From NCBI GenBank assembly GCA_019747905.1, contig JAIEQG010000014.1, positions 15,434 to 79,433 of the forward strand: a DNA stretch of 64,000 bases, in the 5' to 3' direction. Every line of letters starts with the position of its first letter. The stretch's first letter is position 1. The translations under genes and the position numbers were made by a program. This document shows, piece by piece, positions 11,052 to 19,744 of this stretch. The notes under the pieces were generated by a model, which saw nothing but the letters and a program-made list of their open reading frames with translations, ran no database searches and was not told where the DNA came from. Source of the DNA: Burkholderiales bacterium. GTDB taxonomy: Bacteria; Pseudomonadota; Gammaproteobacteria; Burkholderiales; Ga0077523.

Positions 11052-13019
11052 TCAGCCGCCGGCTTCGGACGCCCGCTTGATCCGCGTCGGCGCCGCTTCG
11101 CGCGCCAGTTCGATCAGCGGCTTCGGATGCTGGAACAGATAGCCTTGGCCGAACTTCACACCCATGTCGCGCAGGAGCACGATCGCCTCGGGCGTCTCGA
11201 CCCATTTCGCGACCACCTGCTTCGAGAGGCCGGAACCCACGTCGCACAGCGCCTTCACGAAGATGCGATTGCCTTCGTCGCGCGTGAGATCGCGCACGAA
11301 GTTGCCGTCGATCTTGAGGTAGTCCACGTCGAACTGGCGCAGGTAGTAGAACGAGCTGAAGCCCGAGCCGAAGTCGTCCAGACCGAAGCGGCAGCCGAGA
11401 TGCTTCAGTTCCTTGATGAAGCCCTTGGTCACGCTCACTTCGGACATGGCCGCGGATTCCGTCACCTCGAACACGAGCAGGTTGCGGACTTCCGGAGCGC
11501 CCTGCAGCAGCGCGTAGAATTTCTTGGTCCAGTGCGGATCGGTGATGCTGACGCGCGACAGGTTGACGAAGTGGCGGATGCGCGGCGCGCCGCGCTGCGC
11601 TTCGGCCCTCAGGTGTTCGATCAACTTGGCGGTCACGCGCAGGTCGATCTCCTGCACCATTCCGAGGGATTCCGCGGCCTCGATGAACTGCCCGGGCGCC
11701 ACGATGCGGCCGTCCTCGCCTTCGATGCGCACCAGCACTTCCTGGTGCATGACGGCCTGGTCCTCCAGCCGGACCACCGGCTGGGTGTAGAGCATCAGGC
11801 GGTCTTCATCGAGCACTTCGCGCAACTGCTTGGCCCAGAGCACCCGCTTGGTGGTGGTCTTCAGGGCTTCGCCGCCGTCCTGGCCGTAGGTCACGACGCG
11901 ATTGCGGCCGGAATCCTTCGCCTGGTAGAGCGCGATGTCGGCGGCGGCGAGCAATGCCGCGGCCTCGTTCGCGTGGAACGGGTAGAGCGCGACGCCGGAT
12001 GACGCCGTCAGCTTGAGCACGCGCGAATCGGAGCCCACCTGCATCGGCTGCACCCGCAGTTGCGACAGCAGCGTTTCCGCGGCCTGGGTGGCCTGGGGCC
12101 GCAGCGCGTTGCGCAGGTGCACGGCGAACTCGTCGCCGCCGAGGCGGTACACGTCGCCGCCCAGCTTCTCGGCGGTCTCGCGCAGCAACCCGCCCACGGA
12201 CAGGATGATCTGGTCGCCCTGGCGGTGGCCGACGTTGTCGTTCACGTACTTGAAGTGGTCGAGGTCGACGAACGCCACGGCACCCTTCTCGCCGTTCTCG
12301 AGGGCCTTTTCCACCGCCTTCTGCAGGCTGACACGATTGGGCAGGCCGGTGAGCGCGTCGTGCGTGGCGAGGTATTCGATCTGCAGAGCCGCGCGCTGCT
12401 GCTCGGTGATGTCGCGGGCGGTACCGCGGATGCCCATCATGCCGCCGTTCTCGTCATACGCCACGCGGGCGTTGATCCCGACCCAGCGTTCCTGGCCGTC
12501 GGCGCCGGCGAGGCGCGTCATGTAGTTCTTCACTTCGCCGTGCTTGCGCAGTTGCGACAGGAAGCGGCGGTTCGACACGTGCGACGGGCGCATTTCGTAA
12601 TCGAAGAAGCAGCGGCCGATGAGATCCTGCGGCTTGACGCCGAAGATCTCCTGACAGGCACCGTTCAGATAGGTGAAGCGGCCCTGGGAGTCGGTGGTCC
12701 AGATGAGATCATGCGAGGTCTCGACCAGGTCGCGGTAGCGGCTCTCGCTTTCCAGCAGGAGCTGGATGATGCGGCGCTTTTCCTGGAGCGTCTTGCGGGC
12801 GTGCTCCAGTTCGTCGTTGTACTTGTCCATGGTGCTGCCGAGCGTGGAGGCGGCGAGACCATCGACGATTTCCTTGGCGTACCGGCGGTGTCCGCCGTCC
12901 GTGCGCCGGGCGACCAGTACCCCTTGGGCGTCCCAGCGTCGCAGTTTCTGAACCGGAACGCCGAGCTTCTCGGCCACTTCCTGGATGCTGTACTCCACCC
13001 GATCGCGCGAGTTGGTCAC
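11052..13019 (-). CDS. HTH(MerR/excisionase-type)-PAS-GGDEF-EAL cyclic-di-GMP signalling protein (RpfR-like receptor candidate)
   Basis: N-terminal HTH YSIQEVAEKLGVPVQKLRRWDAQGVL, a coiled coil, and a PAS domain (SHDLIWTTDSQGRFTYLN). GGDEF domain is intact (RLGGDEFAV). EAL domain has QEVLVR, DDFGSGFSS, KIDG and QGYLF. I prefer the GTG at 13019, preceded by GAGGAG. The ORF-track ATG at 13103 would overlap rpfF by 26 nt. Confidence 0.85.
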   Translation of the reverse strand: MTNSRDRVEYSIQEVAEKLGVPVQKLRRWDAQGVLVARRTDGGHRRYAKEIVDGLAASTLGSTMDKYNDELEHARKTLQEKRRIIQLLLESESRYRDLVETSHDLIWTTDSQGRFTYLNGACQEIFGVKPQDLIGRCFFDYEMRPSHVSNRRFLSQLRKHGEVKNYMTRLAGADGQERWVGINARVAYDENGGMMGIRGTARDITEQQRAALQIEYLATHDALTGLPNRVSLQKAVEKALENGEKGAVAFVDLDHFKYVNDNVGHRQGDQIILSVGGLLRETAEKLGGDVYRLGGDEFAVHLRNALRPQATQAAETLLSQLRVQPMQVGSDSRVLKLTASSGVALYPFHANEAAALLAAADIALYQAKDSGRNRVVTYGQDGGEALKTTTKRVLWAKQLREVLDEDRLMLYTQPVVRLEDQAVMHQEVLVRIEGEDGRIVAPGQFIEAAESLGMVQEIDLRVTAKLIEHLRAEAQRGAPRIRHFVNLSRVSITDPHWTKKFYALLQGAPEVRNLLVFEVTESAAMSEVSVTKGFIKELKHLGCRFGLDDFGSGFSSFYYLRQFDVDYLKIDGNFVRDLTRDEGNRIFVKALCDVGSGLSKQVVAKWVETPEAIVLLRDMGVKFGQGYLFQHPKPLIELAREAAPTRIKRASEAGG

Positions 13020-13077
13020 TGGCTGTTTCTCCTCTGGCCCCGCCCTCCCAAGCGGTGCCTTGCCCACCGTTACCGAT

Positions 13078-14004
13078 TCAATGCATGCCGTGCACCACGT
13101 CAAGCTCGTTCTGCCGGGTCACGAGCCGTTGCATCAGCTTCAAGTCGCGCGTCGACAGATTCAGCGCCGCATCGACCCAGATTTCCACCACGTCCATCAG
13201 TTCATCGAATTCGACCCCGCGAACCCGCCGCCGAGCCCGGGCGATTCCGGTCAGCCCATTGCGGCTACGCCGGTTTCCGCGAATGTGAGCATCCACTGCG
13301 CTCACGCCCTCGCCGTCGTCCACGACAAGATCCACGATCCCTAACCGCAGCATATCATCCGCACTGTGGATCTTGCCACCGGAAATCAGCTCCTCCGTGA
13401 GCTTTCGACCCACCCGGCGCTCGAGGAAGGAATACGCGCCCATGCCCGGGAAAAGGTTGAACAGAATCTCCGGAAACCCGAACCGGCTGCTGCGCTCGGC
13501 CACGATGATGTCGCTGGACAGCGCCGCCTCGAAACCTCCGCCCAGGCACTCGCCCTGGACCAACGAAATCGTCAGGATGGGCAGGCCGTGGCCGCAGTAG
13601 TTGCTGTAAAGAACGTCGACGCAAGCCTTGCCGTACTGAGTGAGTCCGGTGCGGTCGCCGCTTTCGATCAGACGCATGAAGAGCGCAAGGTCGCCCCCCA
13701 GATTGAACACATGGGGCGTTGCCGAGGCGAGGACAGCGTATTCCACGGGTTGCTCTGCACCATGGCAGTGCAACGTGCCCTTGGTTTCCGCGAGCAAACG
13801 GCAATACGTACCGAGGTCGCGCAGCAGCTCGGGATTGAAGCTCGGCCGCGGGTGCGGCGACATCCGCAGCCACACCGCGTGTTGTTCCAGGTCGTAGGTC
13901 GCCGACAATTGTTCGGAGCAGAAGAAGTCGATGCTCCTGCCATCGTCGTAGGTCGCGAATTTCTGCGTGGCCTTCAGCAACGCATGCGGAATGGTCATGT
14001 CCAT
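13078..14004 (-). CDS. rpfF: DSF-family signal synthase, crotonase superfamily (RpfF-like)
   Basis: FNLGGDLALF ... LVQGECLGGGFEAALSSDIIVAE ... GFPEILFNLFPGMGAYSF ... VEIWVDAAL closely matches my recollection of Xanthomonas/Burkholderia RpfF. Adjacent to a PAS-GGDEF-EAL gene, as in the Burkholderia rpfF-rpfR pair. Confidence 0.75.
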   Translation of the reverse strand: MDMTIPHALLKATQKFATYDDGRSIDFFCSEQLSATYDLEQHAVWLRMSPHPRPSFNPELLRDLGTYCRLLAETKGTLHCHGAEQPVEYAVLASATPHVFNLGGDLALFMRLIESGDRTGLTQYGKACVDVLYSNYCGHGLPILTISLVQGECLGGGFEAALSSDIIVAERSSRFGFPEILFNLFPGMGAYSFLERRVGRKLTEELISGGKIHSADDMLRLGIVDLVVDDGEGVSAVDAHIRGNRRSRNGLTGIARARRRVRGVEFDELMDVVEIWVDAALNLSTRDLKLMQRLVTRQNELDVVHGMH

Positions 14005-14306
14005 GGGACGGGTCTCCTTGAAGTGGGCAAAGGTCGAGGCGGGGCGAGCGATGGACGCAGTGCGGGCGGCGATCGATTATCTGCAGATCCACTTGCAACT
14101 GAATGTAAGTGATGGATTTTTATCCCGCAAATCTCGCCGAATGACAGGTTCACCGGTTCGCGCGCGGGGAAACATGGGGTTAGCGTGCAACCTTCGAGTT
14201 GCGCATCGATGTCGGTATTCGCTAGCCATGGCGGCGTCGCCTAACTCGCACGTCGCCGAGGGCATACGGTGACGGCACAACTCCTGCGAGCGCTTCGGAT
14301 CAAACT
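14005..14306. promoter_or_regulatory. Divergent rpfF / aas-like intergenic control region
   Basis: 302-bp gap between divergent genes. It has a locally AT-richer patch (cacttgcaactgaatgtaagtgatggatttttatcccgcaaatc) and an inverted repeat, gtgcaac-cttcga-gttgcgc, at 14185-14204. Promoter assignment is positional only. Confidence 0.35.
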
Positions 14307-16475
14307 ATGACCGCACGCCCCCCGACTCGAGGAGACCTCATGAGGACACTGCTGGCCTGGGTGCTGAAAGCCTGCATGCGAGTGTCCGTGGTGGGCGACA
14401 CATCCGCGCTTTCGGAGCGGCGCGTGCTGATCGTCGCGAACCACCCGTCGGTGTTCGATGCGCTGCTGCTCGGCTTGTGCCTGCCGGTGCGGCCCGTGGT
14501 CGTTTTCCCGCGGGAGGACAAGCGCCACCGCTTGCTGCGCTTAGCCGCGCGCTGGATCGAGCACCACAACTGGGACATGAACCGTCCCATGACGGTGAAG
14601 CGCGTGCTGCGACTGCTGGAGCAGGGCTGCTCCGTGGCGCTGTTCCCTGAGGGGCGGGTGGTGCGCGCCGGCAACGTGATGAAGATCTACGAAGGCGCCG
14701 CATTGATCGCCTTCAAGAGCGGCGCGACGCTGGTCCCGGTGCACATCGAAAGCCGGCGCCACATGTTCTCGCACGGACTCGCCGGCGGCCGCGTGACACT
14801 CCGGGTGCATCCGCCGGTGCATGTCGACACGCCCGTCGGCCACGGACCGCGGGCGCGGCGCGTGATCGGCGCCCGCGAACTCGCGTCCGTGATGCAGGCG
14901 GCCACGTTCCATTCGCACGTGCCGAAGGGCCTGTTCGACGCCTTCCTCGATGCCGTCGAGCGCGAAGGCCGCAGCACCGAGATCCTCGAGGACATGAACG
15001 AGGAGCCGAAGACCTACGGTCATGTGCTGAAGGCGAGCCTCGCGATCGGCCGCTGGCTGGGCAAGGGCACCGAAACCGGCGAAACCGTCGGCGTGCTGCT
15101 GCCGAACCTGTTCGTGTCGGTGGGCGTGCTGCTGGCGCTGCAGTGCACCGGGCGCGTGGCTGCAATGCTCAACTACACGAGCGGACCCCGCGGCATCGAA
15201 ACGAGCCGTGCCGTGGCGCGCCTGAAGACGGTGGTCACCTCGCGGCGCTTCGTCGAGCAGGCGAACCTCGAACCGCTGATCGCCGTGCTGGGTGGCGTGA
15301 ACATCCTCTATGTGGAGGACATCAAGAGCCAGTTCGGCGTCCTCGACAAGCTCTGGCTCATGGGGTGGGCCATGCGCTTCCCGCGCCGGGTCCGCGTGCC
15401 GGTGAACCCGCACGCGCCTGCCGCTTTGCTGTTCACTTCGGGTTCGGAAGGCCGGCCCAAGGGTGTAGCGCTGTCCCACGCAGGCATACAGGCCAACATC
15501 CTCCAGATCCGCACCGTCATCGACTTCACGCCGGCCGACAAGGTGCTGAACGCACTGCCGATGTACCACGCGTACAGCTTCACGGCGGGTGTGATGCTGT
15601 GTCTGCTGACCGGAACACAGTTGTTTCTCTACATCTCCCCGCTGCGCTACCGGGCTATTCCCGAGATCGCCTACCGCCGTGACGCGACCTACCTCTTCGG
15701 CACCAGCACGTTCCTCGGCTTCTATGCGCGCAACGCGCATCCGGGCGACTTCGGCGCACTGCGCTACGTCATCTCCGGGGGCGAGAAGCTGGGGGAGGAT
15801 GTCGCGCGACTTTGGCTCGACAAGTTCGGCTTGCGCATCTTCGAAGGCTACGGTGCCACGGAATGTACGGTGATCTCGCTGGCCACGCCCTACTCGCACC
15901 GGCAAGGTTACGTGGGACGCGTGTTGCCGGGCCTCGAGACACGCCTCGAACCGCTCGAGGGCATCGAGCGCGGCGGCGTGCTGCACGTGCGCGGGCCTTC
16001 CGTGATGCTCGGCTACCTGCAGCAGGACGCGCCGGGCGAGGTGCAGCCGGTCAATTCGAGCTTCGGCGAAGGCTGGCATCGCACCGGCGACGTGGTCGAG
16101 ATCGACGACGAGGGGTTCGTGCGCATCGCCGGCCGGGTGAAGCGCTTCGCCAAGATCGCCGGCGAGATGGTGTCGCTCGACCAGGTGGAACGAGTCGCGG
16201 TGGCAGCGTCACCGGCGCATCAGCATGCGGCCGTGTTGAAGCTGGAAGCGAGCGGCGGCGAGACGACGGTGCTCTTCACCACCGACCCGACGCTGCAGCG
16301 CGGGCGCCTGCAGAAGACCGCGCGGGCCCAGGGCGACCAGGATCTCGCCGTGGCCCGCAACATCATCCGCGTCGCCGAGATTCCACTGCTCGGCAACGGC
16401 AAGACCGACTACGTGCGGTTAATGGAGCTGGTCAACGATGCGGCGCTGTGGAACTCGAGGGCGTACGAGGAGTAA
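14307..16475 (+). CDS. aas: Bifunctional acyltransferase / AMP-forming acyl-ACP synthetase (Aas-like)
   Basis: N-terminal PlsC-type HX4D motif (NHPSVFD) with FPEGR. C-terminal adenylate-forming domain (LLFTSGSEGRPKGV, YGATE, GWHRTGD, KRFAKIAGEMVS). Confidence 0.72.
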   Translation: MTARPPTRGDLMRTLLAWVLKACMRVSVVGDTSALSERRVLIVANHPSVFDALLLGLCLPVRPVVVFPREDKRHRLLRLAARWIEHHNWDMNRPMTVKRVLRLLEQGCSVALFPEGRVVRAGNVMKIYEGAALIAFKSGATLVPVHIESRRHMFSHGLAGGRVTLRVHPPVHVDTPVGHGPRARRVIGARELASVMQAATFHSHVPKGLFDAFLDAVEREGRSTEILEDMNEEPKTYGHVLKASLAIGRWLGKGTETGETVGVLLPNLFVSVGVLLALQCTGRVAAMLNYTSGPRGIETSRAVARLKTVVTSRRFVEQANLEPLIAVLGGVNILYVEDIKSQFGVLDKLWLMGWAMRFPRRVRVPVNPHAPAALLFTSGSEGRPKGVALSHAGIQANILQIRTVIDFTPADKVLNALPMYHAYSFTAGVMLCLLTGTQLFLYISPLRYRAIPEIAYRRDATYLFGTSTFLGFYARNAHPGDFGALRYVISGGEKLGEDVARLWLDKFGLRIFEGYGATECTVISLATPYSHRQGYVGRVLPGLETRLEPLEGIERGGVLHVRGPSVMLGYLQQDAPGEVQPVNSSFGEGWHRTGDVVEIDDEGFVRIAGRVKRFAKIAGEMVSLDQVERVAVAASPAHQHAAVLKLEASGGETTVLFTTDPTLQRGRLQKTARAQGDQDLAVARNIIRVAEIPLLGNGKTDYVRLMELVNDAALWNSRAYEE

Positions 16476-16567
16476 GGGTCGAGGTGCTTGGCAGTTCTTG
16501 AGACATCCGAGACACTGTCTTGGAGTTCGACTTCAGGTGATGCTGGCGCGTTGCGACAGGCTGTTGC

Positions 16568-18649
16568 TCAGCGGATGTCCTGCAGGAATTCGGACGCCGG
16601 CTCGATCGATGTCACCAATAGGCGATCACGGGCTCGGGTCAACGCGACGTACAACAGGTGCCGTTCCGTGTCGTACACCTCCTTGAGGTCGGCTTCGTCC
16701 GCAACGTTGTCGATCCGCTGTTGCTTGGGCACGACTTCATCGTCGCAAGCCATTACAGCCACAGCCCGGAACTCCAGCCCTTTGGCCAAGTGCATGGTAC
16801 CGATCGAGACCTCCTCGGTATCCGTATCCACCAGGTCATCCAGTACATGGTGCGGCAGAGCCGACTTGACCAGTGCCGCCCGCGCTCGTGGCAGTTCGTC
16901 CTCCGACCGGACGAAAACTGCCATCTCTCCGGGCCTGATACCGGCTCGCGCTCGCTCGTTCAACCATCCAGCGACGCCTGAGATTTCGGCTTCTGCGTCG
17001 GGAAACGTCCGAACAAGCGGCGGCGGTCCGTTGAATACGGAAACCGTCCCCCGTCGGCCCTCCGTGTTGCCATCGACATCCGCGATCTCCGGTCCCAGGA
17101 GCCGGTCGGCTCGCAACCGGATCTGGTGTGATGTGCGATAGTTGACCGTCAGTATCCGGGAGCGGCCGCGCACATCCACCCCGAGCGCTTTCCACGAGAA
17201 CGGTGTCTGGAAGATGCGCTGGCCCAGGTCCCCAGCGAAGAACAGTCCGTTCGGCCGCTGAGCTGCGAGCGATGCCAGGAATCTCAACTGCGGGACACCG
17301 AGGTCTTGTGCCTCGTCGACCACGACATGCTCGAACGGCGACTTGGCGCCGGTGGCGTAGTGCGCTGCAAGCTTCGTGAACATCTCGGCTCTGGTCATCA
17401 TTCCGTCGGCGCGCAGCTTGTCGCGTACCCGAGCGAACAGCTGCCACGCGCTCGCGCGCTGTGGTTCGCTGAGGCGTGTCTTGCGGCCCAGTCGACTGAT
17501 GTCTCGATACGCCTCCCAGGTCTCGACCTGCCATGGGTCGACGATCTCCGCCCACTCGCTCCACAGAAAGCTCGCTCCCAGCCTCGCGGGTCGCGCGACG
17601 TCGTCGCTGATCTGCGCCGCCTCTCGTAGTGCATTCCGGATCGCGGCTTCATCCGCCAGCGCTGGTCGACCGAAGTTGAATCGATGGAGGCGCTCGCCCA
17701 ATTCATCAAGCGATACCACATCGATACCCTCGGCGAGCATCGGTGTCTTGCCGACCAAGCGCCGCATGCGCGCATGCAGCGCGTGAGCGAGGGCGGGCCC
17801 GAACGTCGTCAGCAACACCCGAGCATCCTCGCGGCTTCGCGCCAGATGCACCGCACGGTGCACCGCAACGATGGTCTTGCCCGTGCCGGCCGATCCCGAT
17901 ACCCGTGCCGGGCCAGGCTGATCGCGTTCGACCCATTGGCGTTGCGCCGGATGCAGGAAGACGGTCCATTGGTCCCAAGGGGCGTCGAGCGCTCGCTCCA
18001 GCGCCTCCACGTCTTCCATGACGCGGAAGCGCCGCTGCGCGTCCGGGTGGTCGAACGGGTCGGCACCTGCTGCGGCCGGCGCTCGGCGCTGCGGCGTGCC
18101 CCCCGTCGCCAGCTCAAGCAAGGCCTCAGCCGCTTCGGCGGGCAGGTGTGCAGCCAACCCGAGGAGACTATCCTCGTCGGCTTGGCGAATGTCGGCCAAC
18201 CACTCCGTGGGCACTCCCCAGCCCAACAAAGCATCGTCGGACAAGTTGGCAAACAGCAGGGGCTTTACCTCGGGCCGCGTCGAGGCTTCCTGGCGAACAA
18301 CGATCTCGTCGATACGTTCGCGAATCTCGACCCATTGCGCAGCTCCCGTTGTCGGGTGGGTCTCGAGCCGGCGCCGCTCGGCCCACTGGTACGCTTTGTC
18401 GTGGTGGTCCACATAGCAGAGGAGCAGGCTGTCCGCGGTCTTGTGGACGATCAATCGGATGTCGCTGCTCACTCGCACCGACCAGAAGTTCTTGTCCCGT
18501 GCCTTGTCCAGCTTGTGAAAGCTCAGGCCCGGGTTGGCCGGATTCATCTGCAGGTCGAAGGCGGTTGTCTTGACGGCCTTCTGTTCGTCGCCGGTGAGTC
18601 GGGCCAAGCTTGCCGTGAACGTATCGGCGATACGGAAATTCAAGAGCAA
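16568..18649 (-). CDS. UvrD/Rep-family SF1 helicase with N-terminal RelE/ParE-like domain
   Basis: Walker A GSAGTGKT, Walker B VVDEAQD, plus NYRTSHQI and C-terminal LLYVALTRARDRLLV. The N-terminal ~90 aa (FHKLDKARDKNFWSVRVSSDIRLIVHKTADSLLLCYVDHHDKAY) resemble RelE/ParE toxins. The start is uncertain. I favour the TTG at 18649 or 18643, preceded by GAAGGAAGG. The ORF-track ATG at 18781 would overlap darG by 98 nt. Confidence 0.8.
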   Translation of the reverse strand: MLLNFRIADTFTASLARLTGDEQKAVKTTAFDLQMNPANPGLSFHKLDKARDKNFWSVRVSSDIRLIVHKTADSLLLCYVDHHDKAYQWAERRRLETHPTTGAAQWVEIRERIDEIVVRQEASTRPEVKPLLFANLSDDALLGWGVPTEWLADIRQADEDSLLGLAAHLPAEAAEALLELATGGTPQRRAPAAAGADPFDHPDAQRRFRVMEDVEALERALDAPWDQWTVFLHPAQRQWVERDQPGPARVSGSAGTGKTIVAVHRAVHLARSREDARVLLTTFGPALAHALHARMRRLVGKTPMLAEGIDVVSLDELGERLHRFNFGRPALADEAAIRNALREAAQISDDVARPARLGASFLWSEWAEIVDPWQVETWEAYRDISRLGRKTRLSEPQRASAWQLFARVRDKLRADGMMTRAEMFTKLAAHYATGAKSPFEHVVVDEAQDLGVPQLRFLASLAAQRPNGLFFAGDLGQRIFQTPFSWKALGVDVRGRSRILTVNYRTSHQIRLRADRLLGPEIADVDGNTEGRRGTVSVFNGPPPLVRTFPDAEAEISGVAGWLNERARAGIRPGEMAVFVRSEDELPRARAALVKSALPHHVLDDLVDTDTEEVSIGTMHLAKGLEFRAVAVMACDDEVVPKQQRIDNVADEADLKEVYDTERHLLYVALTRARDRLLVTSIEPASEFLQDIR

Positions 18650-18683
18650 CCCTTCCTTCTTCGGACCGCCGGGATCGTCGACA

Positions 18684-19730
18684 TCAAGCGGTAATCCGAG
18701 CCCATCCCTGTTCGACCAATCGACCGGCAGCCAGCGAAATCTGTGCGGGGGTGAACTGGCGCTTCCCGGGGCTCCATTCATGCACTGCCTCGACGATTGC
18801 GGTCTCGCCTCGCTCGGCGCCTTCGGACATCACCCAATGGACCGTCGCCAGAAGCTCCAAGCCGAAGGACGATTCGAAGCCCTCGACCAACCGGGTCACT
18901 CGATCGAAACGCTCGCGAGTCGCAGGGTGGGCTTCCAGGAAACGGATGGCGTCGTCCACCGCCCCGGGCACGAGTGCGAGTTGTTTGTCCGGGGCATCGC
19001 CGCCGTCTGCGTACCCGCTGACCAGATGGCCTTCGATGTCGCGAAGCACGTGCCGCAAGTTCTCGGCATAGGGGCCGTAGGCAGCCTTCACGTATCTCAG
19101 CTTCAACGGTTCACCGGCTGCCTGCAGGAAGTACATGAGCTTGTGTACTTCCAGAAGAGAAACGGCAGGGTCCATCAACCCACCGAGGTACCGATCCATG
19201 AGTCCCACGAGCGCTGCGCGCCCTTGAGTCAGCTTCGGGACCTTGGTCGAACGATTGCGTCGATCATCCGGTGCCACCCCCCCTGGTTCGAACACCTCGA
19301 CCTGCACATCGGGTAGCTGTTCCATCGCTTCGGCGATCAGCGGGCGCACGTCCTCCCAATCGAGACCGCCCAGCCCGCTGCCCAGCGGCGGAATCGCGAT
19401 CGAGCGGATCCCGCAGGTGCGAACCTCATGTACGAGTGCTTGCAGCCCGGACTGGATATCCTCGAGGCGGCTCTTGCCTCGCCAATGCCGCTTGGTCGGG
19501 AAGTTGATGATGTAGCGCGGCAGCATCAATTCACCCGTGTCGTAGACGAACATGCGCCCGGGCTCGACCGCACCTTGCGCGCAGGCTGCCGCATAGGCCT
19601 TGAAGTTCTCGGGAAACGCCTTCTTAAACTGAAGCGCGATGCCGCGACCCATGATGCCAACGCAGTTCACCGTGTTGACGAGGGCCTCGGCTTCAGCGGC
19701 CAGGATGTCGCCTTTGGTGTATCGAAGCAT
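18684..19730 (-). CDS. darG: DarG antitoxin (macrodomain ADP-ribosyl-DNA glycohydrolase plus C-terminal DarT-binding domain)
   Basis: Macrodomain GDILAAEAEALVNTVNCVGIMGRGIALQFK, FPTKRHWR, IAIPPLGSGLGG. The ATG at 19730 lies after a 14-nt gap from the darT stop. The ORF-track extension to 20030 overlaps darT and looks non-coding. Confidence 0.85.
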   Translation of the reverse strand: MLRYTKGDILAAEAEALVNTVNCVGIMGRGIALQFKKAFPENFKAYAAACAQGAVEPGRMFVYDTGELMLPRYIINFPTKRHWRGKSRLEDIQSGLQALVHEVRTCGIRSIAIPPLGSGLGGLDWEDVRPLIAEAMEQLPDVQVEVFEPGGVAPDDRRNRSTKVPKLTQGRAALVGLMDRYLGGLMDPAVSLLEVHKLMYFLQAAGEPLKLRYVKAAYGPYAENLRHVLRDIEGHLVSGYADGGDAPDKQLALVPGAVDDAIRFLEAHPATRERFDRVTRLVEGFESSFGLELLATVHWVMSEGAERGETAIVEAVHEWSPGKRQFTPAQISLAAGRLVEQGWARITA

Positions 19731-19744
19731 CGATCGGTCTCCTC

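Noticed and set aside
16476-16567. Search for att-like direct repeats, tRNA genes or an integrase at the island boundaries (16476-16567 and 28137-28414).
   Set aside because: No convincing direct repeat is shared by the two boundary regions. There is no tRNA-like cloverleaf sequence and no recombinase ORF. I therefore do not call the island a mobile element.
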